A stretch of 64,000 nt of DNA from Paramecium tetraurelia (Eukaryota). The stretch lies in contig CT868009.1 of assembly GCA_000165425.1 (NCBI GenBank), positions 124,001 to 188,000 on the forward strand. Direction: 5' to 3'. The first letter of the stretch is position 1. Every line of letters starts with the position of its first letter. The notes below the pieces were generated by a model. That model searched no databases, was not told the origin of the DNA, and worked only from the letters and a program-made list of their open reading frames with translations. Positions 14,753 through 27,613 of the stretch are shown here, piece after piece. A program made the position numbers and the translations under genes.

Positions 14753-15136
14753 ATGATAAATTATACAAGGACAATTAACATTGATGACTCAACAAAACAC
14801 AGATTGAGTACTCAATGTAAGGATAACTTTTTGCAATTCATAATGTTACAGAAAGCTGGGAAGCAGGGTGATTTGAAAATGTTGAATCATTTGAAAAGTG
14901 TTTACCCAAAGGAATTGAAAGCTAAAATTTTAAAAAACGCTACGAATATTGATTACCTCAAACATCATGAATAAAGTGAGAAGATTCTGAGACAACAGGC
15001 AAAGTTTATATTAACGAGTAGAAAACACAATAACTTGACTGATAGACCGAGAAGCAGATTGGATGAATTAATAAAAAAACCATCTAACTTATCTCCAAGA
15101 TGTTTATTGACGACAGTAGACAAATTTAATATATGA
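14753..15136 (+). CDS. Hypothetical 127-aa basic protein
   Basis: Intronless ORF under the ciliate code (MINYTRTINIDD...LTTVDKFNI*), extending track ORF 14753..14974. Confidence 0.65.
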
Positions 15137-15149
15137 GTACTCAATAATA

Positions 15150-16789
15150 TCACTAGAAGGAATGATCATTTTACATAGTTTTGATTATAAATTCTAAGAA
15201 CTCTTATTCTGTTAAGACAGATTTTTATTTTAAATTGGTTTTGCTAAGAATATTATGCCAATTTTTATCGCTAATTCTATTGCCTCCAAATATTCTTCTC
15301 ATTTCCATCATGGACAAGGCATTATCCTTATCCACATCCAATTAAGCGAAGACCAGTTTCAATTTCTCGACTGTCAATAATTTCTTCTTGTCTTGACAAG
15401 CCAATAAGAATTCTGGTTAATATATATTATATTATAATACCAGTATAGTCTAGATAGCCATTTCCATTGGAGTCAATCTTCTTAACCAATTTTTCAATGT
15501 CCTGATCCTCCAACTTGGTACTCGTTTAATATTTTTTATATCCTCTATCTATGATGCAATAAGTACCTTCAATTAGTTCTTAAGTTGAAATTTTGCCATC
15601 TCTATTTTAGTCAAATTCCTAAAATATTTATAAGATCTCTCCCTTCTATTCTTAAGTTAGAGTCATTTAAACTATTTACATGATGATGGCTTCCACTAAG
15701 ACCTCACATTTCTAGAATTTACGAAGATTGGTTAAGGCAGGATTTATTTTCAAGGCCAATTTTTTTAATTTTGCTTTTTCAATCCATCTGTCCTTGAGAG
15801 CATCAGCAGCAGATGGTCGTTGATTTTATGAGAAGTTTAACAGTTTTCTGACAAATTCTTTTGCATCTGGGATTTTATCCCAATCGAAGGTATCTTCTAA
15901 TTTGACTATGCCTCTCATAATAGAATTCTTAATGGATGATGCCATGACACCATCGAATGGCATGGCTCCAGAGAGTAGGAAATGTAAGAGCACTCCAACA
16001 GCCCAAATATCGGATTTAAAACTATAATTTCCATTCAACATTTCTGGTGATTAATAATGTTGATCTCCGACTGGTAGTTATATATATTGTGAGATTTTTT
16101 TGGCAGCCCCGAATTCTACAAAGGTGATATTGAGTTTATCATCACAGAGAAGGGTGTTGTGATCTAATAGTTATGGGAATAATACTCAGAAAACGATAAA
16201 TGATATTTTTTGAATGTAAATACAAAAGTGTGCTTAAAACTTACTCTATGATGATGGCAGCCATTTGTTATGGGTTTTCTCCTCTGGTTATCATCTTACT
16301 CAATAGATTACCGCCTTCATAATCCTCATAAACGATGTAATAGTGTAAACTTTCATTAAAGTATTCGATCATTTTGGCAATATTCGGATGATCCTTGCTT
16401 TTATGCTAAATTTACTAGATATTGCATCATGTGAATGTTTTTCAGGATCAGAACGGGTTCATCTGATTTGGGATCTTCCGTTTTTTTTATGGTTTTGACA
16501 AGCTTTCGAGAATCGGTCTTTTTGCTATAGCACCACTGATAAATCCCATATTCTGTGGACAGAAAAGGATGGGAATCAATCAATATGTATTCGTCCTTGA
16601 ATAAGTTCTTATTTAATTGAAAGCAATCCCCCTAATCGAAAGGCATTTCAGCATAGACAGGGTTGCCTGACCAAATAAATGGGTATACATACTTTCCAAC
16701 ATTTGGTTTTTGGGGATGACTACTTTTAATTTTGAAGTATTTCTGCTGTGAACCTCTTCCTTTTGTTTCTTTGCTATGCATGAACCCAT
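15150..16789 (-). CDS. Calcium-dependent protein kinase-like protein (kinase fold plus EF-hands), predicted pseudokinase
   Basis: MGSC N-terminus; DHPNIAKMIEYF; SPEMLNGNYSFKSDIWAVG; EF loops DQNQDGKISTQE, DSNGNGYLDYTE and DVDKDNALSMME. Catalytic loop reads YRFLNHNT, and EFG replaces DFG. Confidence 0.9.
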
Positions 16790-16813
16790 CAGTTTAAAAA
16801 TAAATTAAAATTT

Positions 16814-19417
16814 ATGTCGAAGTATCGTCCATAAAGAAACAATGAATCTCGAACCAACCAATCCCAAAAATAAGATAGTTCATTGATGGAAAGTGATTCT
16901 CAACAGCAACCGAAGAGTCCCCAATTCACTCAGGAGCAGAAGTAATGAAATATGTGATATCCCTATTTTATAGCACTCTCCCGAGAAGCACCTACAGAAC
17001 ACCAGATGCCAGAGTCAATCACTTCGATGGAACTTCAAATGAAGAAATCTACAAGAAAAAGTAAACACAAACTTATTCTAGAATAAATGAATTGCAAAGA
17101 TAAAATGATGATTTAAGAGAAAAGTATTTACAAGTATCCAGTGAGAATCAAGTCATTATTTAAGAGCAAAGAGAGGAAATAGAACAATATTAAAACGAAG
17201 TTGATAATTTGAAGGAGCAATTGATACAAAAGGAAATTGAAATGAAATAAATATATGAACTCAATTAATCCCTCAAACAAGAAATCAGTGATTGGGAAGG
17301 TATCTTTAACATTTAATAAACAATCCCTAGATGGATTTGATAAACTGGAATAAGACTACAACAATAAACTCAAAATTGAAGACGAATCATAAAAAATACT
17401 AGCAGAAGTCCAATAGTTGAATGAGGAGAATCAGAATTTGTAGGATGAACTCCAAGAAAAGGATAAATTATTTAATCAATGCAAAGAATAACTATAAAGT
17501 GTCTAGTTAGATTTGAATTAATTGCAATAAGACAGTTAGTACAACCAAGAATTATTGAATCAGAAAGACAGAGAAATCTATGAATTACAATAGCAACTAG
17601 AAAGAGATAAGGAACTCTTGAGAAAACAATAGGAATTCTCTAATAAGGTATCCTACATATTACATATTGTAGTAAGATCTCTTAACTAAAGAAATTTAAA
17701 AGTTGAATCAACAACTCAAACAATTGTAAAAGGAGAACCAAGAGTTGAAGAATGAAAAGCAATTGATCTCCTCCGAACTTCAAGAAAATAGGGCCAATCC
17801 TGAATATCTGACCAAAATCAATCTTTTGGGATAGGTACATCATTTCTATGATATCAGGAAGTTGAAAGATTAAACAATACACTAGCCTTAAAGAGTCGAG
17901 AAATTAATGATTATAAAGCCTAGATCACTAGAATGCAAAAGGAAATCTAAAATTTAAGAATGAATGAATTCAAATTACAAGACATGAATATGAGTTTGGA
18001 TAATTTAATTAATCAATACAACAAATTGAAAGACGACAATTAAGTTCTCAAATAGTAGATGGCTCAAAAGTAAATCAAAGTAAATTCAGAATTGGAGAAG
18101 AAAATTTAACTACTTCAACAAGAATGCGAAAAACTTTCTCAATAACTCAATTCTAGTAAAAAAGAGAATGATTACTTAAGAGAACAACTAAATGCATAAT
18201 AGTAATTCGAAGATGCTAACAGATTGTTAAAATAATAAACAGATAAGCAATAAATGTAAATTAAACAGTTAGAAAATGAAAGATAAAGTTTAATGCAAGA
18301 ATATCAACTATTATCAAATAGTTACAATAATTAAAAGTTTAATTATTCTTAACTTCTTTAAGAACAATAAGAAAATAATGATTCAGTATAGTATATTAAA
18401 TAAAAAAATATAGGTTTTTCAATTAAAAAGTGAAATCTAACGATTATAAAAAATAATGCAGGATACGGTTGAAAAAAGCCATGCCAATAACAATCTATAG
18501 GAGGTTGTCAATTAATAACAAAAAGAACTTGAAGTAGCTAATAGACAAATTCCTTTATTGAAATAAACAATTTAAAAGTTAAAGAATGAATTAGACATAA
18601 CTAAAGAGTTTATAACTGAAAATAAAATCGAATAATAATAGTAACTTATGATTCAATAGGATCCGAAATTAATTGATAAATTGTAAAAGTATGAGATACG
18701 GTTTCCGTAATTAGTGGAGGAAATAGAGAGGCTTAATAAAATATTGACAGAGAGAAATGAAGAAATTTTGATTTATAAAAAGAATTCTTTTTAATAGGAT
18801 CAAGTATTGGAGAAAGTAAGTGCATACGAAGGAGAAATTGAAAGATTGCGATAGACAATTCTTTTAAAATAATAAACAATAGATTCATTATAACAATAAA
18901 AAGAGAATCCTGGAGTCTAAGACTTAATATTTAAATTGCAGGATGAAAATAGAAGATTAACAAATTTGGTAAGTGTAAGAAATAATGAAATTGCAGAACT
19001 TAAATTTAAAATATCAGAGTATGAATAGAAACAAAAGTTGTTGGGAGAATCCAATTCTGGTAAGTATGAGTTGCAAAATCTTATGCTAAATTAAGAAATT
19101 GATCAATTGAATTAGAAATTGATAGAGGCGAAGAATGAGATAAGCTCATTGAAATTGACTAAGAATGATAAATTCAATGAAGAAAGAGTAAAAGATTTAA
19201 TAAATGATTTTAGGGAAAAGTATTGACTTAAGAATTAGATAAGTAGATAAGAATAAATAAGGACAATGAAAAAGAATTAATGAGTTTAAGATCAAAATTT
19301 GCAGAAGTTGTAGATGCTGAAAGAAAATTGATTGATTGCAAATGTCTATTAGTTTTATTGTATAATGAAATAGAACGATTAAATCAAGAAAAAGAAAATG
19401 ATAATTTGTTAGTTTGA
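16814..19417 (+). CDS. Long coiled-coil protein (cytoskeletal/cortical type)
   Basis: ATG 16814; Q/E/K/L heptads with recurring EIERL motifs; several tiny introns; TGA 19415-19417. Confidence 0.75.
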
Positions 19418-19442
19418 ATTTATATTTATTTATTTAACAGCT

Positions 19443-20592
19443 ATGGAAAACAATAGATTTTACGCGAATCAATCATGTCAAAAAGAATTAGAGTAGCAAC
19501 TTAAGGATTCATTTTTAGAAAATAAACTCTTAAAATAAGAAAACAAATATTTGTAATTTCTTTATCTAGACAAAATAGATCATCTACTTTTGAAGAATCA
19601 AAGTTTAAATAAGAAGAAACAAGGAAATTGCAATCATTAGTAGTTGAATTGGAAGAGAGAGTATTAACTTTGGAAGAAGAGAATGCTAAGTTATATTCTG
19701 AGATTGGTTACTTGTAAGAATCACATAAAATATTATTTCAGAAGAGGATTCTCATAAACCAACGAGATTTTAGTGAATTAAAAACCTAGTTATACTTAAT
19801 TAGAGCAAGAATTATAGGATTTATAGATATACTTGAAAAAGTTCATTTAGTTACAGGAATCGTAATTAAATGAAATATATTAATAGTTTAATTGAATAAA
19901 TACCAAATATAAATTTATAATTATGTTGGAAAGAAATTAATTAGATATTTAAGAGTTAATTTAATACTAACTAATCAATTCAGAATTTGTAAGATGAATT
20001 AAAATTGATAGAAACAACTTATAAAGAACTTGTCCATTCAAAAGATAATGGCTTGACACACTTATAAGAGATGGCTAAATGTAATAAAAATCTTACTAAA
20101 TTAGAATAAAGCATTAGAGAATCACGAGTTGAAATAGAGAGAATAAGGAAAGAAGTGCAATTAAATTAAATGGATTTAAAGTAATTTGAAACTAAGTTGA
20201 ATGGTTTACAAAATGAGTTTACTTACATAAGTAAAATAGAAACACGAAAAAACAATGTGTAAATGGAGGCTGAGAAACAATTGATAGAATTCAAAAGAGG
20301 AATATTAAGTACGAAAAACTCAAATCATAATGTAACTCTAATGAGAGATACTTTCAAAGATAGAGATACCTATAAAGAATTGATACCAGAGAAATTAAGG
20401 GATTCCTCTAATGTACTTCCAGTGACTTAATCAATACATAGATTTTAGAGACCCCAAATTGAAATTAACGATAGGTATGATGATTATCAAGACATTAAAA
20501 CTCCAATAGAGAAAACTATTGATTAGACGAGGAAGAAATTAAGTAGATAGTTAAGTTAAGCAAGTAGTCTTCGTGATTAAAAATATATTTGA
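19443..20592 (+). CDS. Coiled-coil protein
   Basis: MENNRFYANQSCQKELEQQL...; at least three tiny introns; ends RDQKYI TGA. Splicing it onto the upstream gene gave an implausible frame. Confidence 0.65.
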
Positions 20593-20611
20593 TCATATAT
20601 AATCTTATAAT

Positions 20612-22287
20612 TCATGAAGGAAGTTTTTATAGATACAACCATAATGACATTGGATTGAAGGCTAAATTCTATTATAGTTATTGTTATTGTAGTTGCGATT
20701 ATTACAAATACTGTTATGATTACTCTTGGTTTGGCAGTCTCAATTACACATTATTGGGTATAGAGAATTATTATTCCATTTTGATCTGGTTCTAGATGAT
20801 TAGAAATAAAAGCATACACTTTCTTGTTCAGGCATCGAATTTGAACTTTGGTTGGGAAGAGTACCTGAAATGTGAATAATTTTCCTTATTCTCTCAGGAT
20901 TAACGAGTTACTCAGGTTCCTTAAGTTCCTTTTTCTTCTTTTTTTCTGGAATTTTTGCATTATACTCCTCTTCTAATTATTCTTAATCAATTTAATCATC
21001 TTCTCTTTTATATTTCAATAAAGAATTATAAACTCTGTGGTAGGCTTGCTGCATTTAATCCTATGGTGTATATGAACAATAGTTACTAGATTTTCAATTT
21101 GGATGAAGCCCTTAGGTACATCATTAATATCCATAATAACCTAAACACAATCATTGTTAAGAGGTTCAAGAAATTCTAGAATCTTTTTCATATTCTATTG
21201 AGATTTTGTTTCGTTGGCCTTACAATCAATGTATAGGATGATGAGTTTCTGATCTATCTTCTGAATCCCTTGCAATGCATTGCTGGTAGAGAGGACATGT
21301 TGTAAGGTTTAGATCAAATTGTCAGGCTAAATAATTGGAGTGTAAGTTACTTCTGTAAATTTAATTTTAGCAGAGTTTACATACAATGAGATACAAGCAC
21401 TGAATTTAAGTAGTAAGAAAATGGGATGCTTAACTTTATGCCGTATATTTGGAGCAGTGAAATAATTGATGAGTCCTTCAATAGAATTTTTAATGACTTC
21501 CTAATTGGAGGGCTTGATAATTAAAAACTATTTCTCCAAATTATTGGGTAGAAAAGGGTCGAAATAGGATTGCAATTTTTGGATCTTAATCTTAGTGATG
21601 AAATTACTTTCTGTTTGACGATATCTCTGGCTGATTTTCGGGAATCTACGAATATAGGAGGGGAGATGCGAGAATCCAAAATCTGGGGAAATTCGAATTT
21701 ACTCTGACACAAATACAATGTTATCACAATATGAAATCGTTAATGCTGATCCTATTTTTGAAAATAATTACATCATGATTATAAGAAGTGGTGTTGAACT
21801 TCAGGCCTGAGAAAATGCATTTCCCATTCTCCATATCCACTTTTAAGTTTCCCTTGGCTCCAACCTCCAGCAGATGATGAGTCTTCATCGGAGTTATGAT
21901 CGGCTTGACGATTTGCAGTTTACACTTGCTATAATTTCGATGGATACATATATGTTATTTGGAGGGGCAAGGCGCTCGTTAGTCTAAGGGTCTGTAATCT
22001 AAGGAAAGTGATAACATATAAAACTATACTTCCATTTCCAAGCCAATGTCAGGAAGATTCCAACTTTTATGCCAATTCCACCCCAAATTATCTGAATAAA
22101 TAAATGGTCTGCTCTAATCAATCTTTATGTTGATGATTGGATCGATGGTCCCATTCTCTGCTGGAATCTTAAGAGATATTTATGGACTCAGATTCCAAGA
22201 AGTTTGAGTATCCTTTACTATGCGCTTTACATCGTAATTACAAGGAACCCATTCCCAAATACTCTTATCTTGCTCCTATTTCATCAT
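20612..22287 (-). CDS. Putative Ig-fold (CudA/STAT/CBP60-like) DNA-binding protein with Q-rich C-terminus
   Basis: Core GKCIFSGLKFNTTSYNHD..RFHIVITLYL..DSRISPPIFVDSRKSAR; poly-Q tail ending AFNPMSLWLYLQKLPS*; several tiny introns. The gene model is well supported; the family call is by eye. Confidence 0.6.
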
Positions 22288-23080
22288 TTTTTTTATAAAA
22301 TTTTTACAAGAATTACTTAATACTGATGTGCTTAAATTGTATGATTATTTATATAGGATATTGAATTTAATTCTATATAAATCAAAAAAATAGGAGCCTA
22401 TTCTAATTATTTGTTGATCATTTTTATTTCTCATTTTATACTTTCAATATATTAATTCTGGCTATTCTTACAGGGCTCTTAGTAAGTCATCAACCAACAA
22501 TATTTGAAATGAATTGCAAAATATGTAATGCTAAAACAAAAACTAAAGATATGATCAACAGATTCTAATCTCTATTAAAGAAATAATTTATTTAAATCAA
22601 TGGAATTATTACATCATACATGATCTAGTTGATCTCTTTTACATTTCGATAAGCCTTATTATACTCAGGAGTCAAGATTTATTCATAATTCATTTTGGTA
22701 TATAATATATTACTGTAATACGTCATTGCTTAAAATTAAAAATATTATTTGGAAATAATCAATTTTCTTGATATCAATATAAAATAATAATATTATGATA
22801 GTGATTTCTCATATCAGGAAAGTGCATTATTATTTTGCGTATCCATAAGAGAATTAAAAGAATTATTGTCAGATAATTTAAATCGGCCATTTAATTTGAA
22901 TATCCTATGTACTCACTTCTTTAAACTCTGTTTTCTTATATTAAACTATTTACAACTATTTATTTTAAAAAGAACTAATCAGTCATTCTTGCTTCATCCT
23001 TTTAGCCTTCATTCTTATTAGAATATCTCATTTAAGATAACCACAAGGAAAAACATATTTAATAAATAAATTAATAATTG

Positions 23081-26000
23081 TCATTAATCAATATTTTTAA
23101 ATATCATTTCAATTGAGTGCTATTATACATTTTTAACAAGCGGAATTTTCTTCCTTTGCTGCCATTTTCTGAAGATTATTATTAAAATAGCAGTTATTAT
23201 TATTAGCACTATAAGTGCAATTATAAAATAGTAACCAAAGCTTTAGTTGATAATAACAAATTTCTAATCGTAAAAATAATCTATCTCAATCCTTTCTAGA
23301 TTATACAGAGTAACAGTAGCTAAATTTAATAATTCCTTTACCTATTGCGTGAATTGAATATGTAGTATTAATATAATCAATACCCTAACTCATTAAAGAT
23401 ACATAAGAATCAAGCTGTCTTTTGGATGATATTTGGGTTGTTCTTGTATCAATTGCTTATTTTTGACTCCTCTACTTGGCTTGATCGTTTATATCATAAG
23501 TATCTAAGAAGTAGACAGACTTATCTGAATTAGAGTCTACAAATAGAAGTTGATATTTAATTTATTCAACTTAATATGATGAATTCATCAAATCTATCCT
23601 AAGTGGATCAGCATGGATAATATGTTCATCATCTTCTGTAATTATTTCTGTTATTTGATTTTTGGTGAAATTTGAAAAATCAGGCAGAATTGAATCTTCA
23701 CCAATCAATTCAGCCTTTATTTAGTATTTAACTTCATAATTTATGTGCATTGTTTAATTTTCTATTAATGTTTAAATGGTGTAAATGCCTACTTTTTGTA
23801 CTGGAAAGTAACCAATCAGTTATAAGCTATTCTGAAATAGAATGACTAAAGGAGTATATATTGAATTAACTTGTTCTGGCCTATCGTAACCTTTTATAGT
23901 GACATTCTAAGTAAGATATTACATTTAAATTAATAATCTTCCAACAGTTTTGCAACTGAATGTCCAAATCGTATCATTGCTTGAAGTAACTAATTATTTC
24001 TAGTTTTATTTCAATTAAAAAGGAATTAATTAATTAGTGTCTTTGAAATAATCTTAAGGCTATTTAGAATCTTCCAAATAATAAGTAATAAAATATTCAC
24101 ACTCTGATTCCCCAAATACTCCTATATAATAAATACCCTTCAGGCTCTCATACATATTATTAAATTTTGAAATTGTAATATTCTTCTAATATAAATGACG
24201 GTAAACCCAGTCATGCTTTTCCTCATTTGGGAATTCATCCTTCGATATTATTATCGTAGCATCACAGAGGTTGTTTTCCTATAACAATATTATTAATTCA
24301 GTATCCTCATCTGTAATTTATACTCTATAATAAGCTGTATATCCTTTCGATATTTTACCAGGTAGAAAACTCTTCAATGACAATTGTCTACTTCCCGAAG
24401 AATATATTATAGAATACACACTATTTGAATTAATTGTATAATTAAAGTGAGGAACTTGTCTAATCGTAATTGCTATCATGCATCTATTTGAGGAGTTGAA
24501 TTATTTAGCAACCTCATCCTTAAAAATAGAAACCTAACTAGTATGAAACCCATTGAAATTTTTTGACACCTTAAATAAATTGGATTCGGTTTCAACTTAT
24601 GGATAGGGGTATAATTAATTAGCTTATGCTTAGAAAATAATCACCAATATTTAGAGCTAAACATTTTGATTAAGATTTTTAACAATAATATTGGAATCCC
24701 TTTCATCAATTAAAGAATAATAATGATCACTCTCTTTAGGTAATTTGTGGTAGATAACTTAATCCATATGGAGTGATATTTCATTATTTTCATGAGAGAT
24801 AATTAAAGTATAAAAGCCTGACTTTTTGGTAGATATTTGAATATAAAAAAAACAATAATTTAATTCTAAATCTTCCTTTTTGCATCTTTCTTCTTTCAAC
24901 TTCTCCTTTGGAATTAATAATGTGGACTCATATGTTGTTAGAGTTTCATTCTTTAAAATAACTGAAACTCTTATGCTATTCCCCTTATCTTCAGTGTTTT
25001 TAATTATTGAATAGTCTTGCACTTAATTGTATCTAAATAATAACAATTATCCCATTTATTCAATATAACCAAAGTAATGTTCATTTTCAATTATCTCTTA
25101 AACTTAGCGTTAACTCTAAAACATTGAATGAATAGCTATCTTATAAGTTGAATAGTTGTAATGTTCTTGCAACTCTATTCTTAGAAATACAGCTTATTCA
25201 CCATTCAATTGTTACAAATAAACTTAAATCTCTATAGGATCTGTCCATATAGACCCATTCTTATTTGATGAAGGACTTACAAATCCATGCATCACGATCC
25301 CACCCAGAGGTGATAGAATATGAATACTGATAAGTTGTTTTTTTTTATTGAATGAATTAATTGAATTTAATCTGATATCTAATTACTGTGTGAGGTCAAT
25401 TTTGAATAGGCCCACAGTTTAATTGTTATCATTATTTAGTACGTGAAATTAAGAATCCCCTTCGAATATTTAAGTGTATTCCCAAGGATAGGTGCCCAAT
25501 TATTTCTGATTGTTTGCAATCTTAATTACGACTGTAATTGTAAAAATACCAGCAGTCTAACAATATACTGAAATAAAGTAGACTTGAGGATTCTTTAAGG
25601 TTTCCTAAAGACGATAAATGATAACATCATTGTCTCCAATTTATTCATAGTTGGTTTTATTAGGATAATCTTTAGTAGATGATAAAAGAACGTAAGAACC
25701 CTATATTGATATTAGCATTATTTGCATTTCTTCGAAATTTTCGATAGGATTCAGAACATATTAAAAATATGAGTAAGATTCTTTTGTAACAACACTTTTA
25801 TACGGAGTATTATCCTTCAGTCGTTTAAATTTTAGTTCACTTCGCAAAATAAAAGAGTAAGAACTAAAATTCCTTTCACTTTCGTTCAAATAGATTCCAA
25901 GAGTGTAGAGCCCAATATTTACATTAAAGGCTTAAATGGAAAAATCAGGTTAGAAACTTAGGCTTTACTTATCTTTTTTAGTGAAAATGAATAGTTTTGA

Positions 26001-27413
26001 AGGATCCTCAGATTCAAGTTGATCCTTATTTTTAATATCTATTTCTGGTATTTTTTCATCTTATATTCGGCTTTTTTTTATAATGATTACAACATCATTG
26101 TTTTCAGATTCCATTTATAAGCTAAATTTACCACTCATTAAGTCAGATCTTAGATCGAAAGACACTTAAAGAAATTAATCCTTATAGACTCTCCCCTAAT
26201 AATATATATTTTATTTTATATGCTCAATCTTGTTCTATGGAATAACAATAAATTAATAACTTGATAATTCGTTACCAAAAATGATAATATCGATAGATTT
26301 AATCTGCATATAATTTTTTAAGTCCAAATCTGAAAATTAGATAATGGAAGTTTAGTTTATTTTATATTTGTATTCATAATCTTCAAAGGATAATGGCAAT
26401 TCTTATTTAAAGTTAAAATAGACAGTAATTAAACCTGAATAGGGCTTCAATTATATTGACTAATTGATACATTAAATTAAATTATACCAAATAATTTTAA
26501 GTAATTTCTTATCCATTTTATTTCTTCTCAATTTAATAATGATGAAACGAATTTAAATCCACTTCCCCTGAGATCAGAATATCGTAAGATCTTTTTCTTA
26601 TTCTCTCATTCGTTTTAGTTTTTAATTCAATTAATGATCCTATCTGCGATTCCACTATAATTGTTAAAATGGAAGAATTGTTGATTTCAACCCAAGGTAA
26701 AATAAGATATTTGAGACCATTCAAGAAATCTTTACCCACGTAATCTGACTGTTATGAACTTGGGAGGGTGTCACCCACATTTAAATACATATGAAAAGGA
26801 TTTTCTATCTCAAAGTAATTAATGATAGCGCCTGTAATTTCCAATTCCTCAATATTGAGGGTGTGATCAATTTAAATTTTCACAATCTAACTTGAAGATC
26901 CTTCATTCATCTTAAATCTTAATAGATCATCTAAATAGTTGAATATTGAATTACTCATTGACATTTTTTATTCTAAATCATAATTCACCTTTAAGGTATA
27001 TTTGCAATCTTCAAAACAGGTAATTCCAATATAATAGTGTTTATCAATTTAAATGTCCTTTTTGTCGATGACACACAAGTCTTGAAAATTCATTCTAAAT
27101 TTATACCGCTTCCTTGCGATAAACAATATCCTAGTTCGCTTTGTTCGATTGAATATGGTTCAGGATTTAAGAGGGACAAAAAGATATTGGGATCGCCTTA
27201 AGGAGTCTATTGACTAACAATAATGATGATATCTGCGTTATCCAAGAGCTCAGAAATTTCAAAGTAATAACTGTGGCCAAGTGAGTTGTCAGTCTTGAAA
27301 TTTAATTATCTAGGAATTCAAATAGATTCTTACCCTTCATATGTTTTTCCAATGTTTATAAAATTAGATTTAGCATTAATCAGATATGGAATCAGCAAAA
27401 GTATAAACATCAT
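23081..27413 (-). CDS. Type I membrane protein (~1400 aa) with tandem PPC-like beta-sandwich repeats
   Basis: Signal peptide MMFILLLIPYLINA; module motifs GDPNIFLS..YYIGITCFEDCKYTLKV, with related YTLGI and YYIGVFG motifs later; C-terminal TM FIIALIVLIIITAILIIIF followed by RKWQQRKK. Confidence 0.8.
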
Positions 27414-27613
27414 ATTTATTAATTAAAAATCACTATGTCACCGGAAAGAAAACAAATTATTAATTTTTTTAATTCTTAGAGTTCCACCATAATTTGATAT
27501 TTAAAGAATTAATTTATATTATTATTTTTAATTTATAATTAGCTTTTTAATAGAGAAAGTGAAATAAGTAAATCAATCAAATGATAAATGACTAGAATTA
27601 GTTAAATGATTAT

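Noticed and set aside
19411..19445. GT..AG segment that could fuse the two coiled-coil genes
   Set aside because: Splicing it puts the downstream exons in an implausible frame. TGA followed by a new ATG fits better.
22620..23060. Possible minus-strand gene remnant
   Set aside because: No consistent frame or motif could be built. It may be a decayed gene, but that is not supportable from the sequence.
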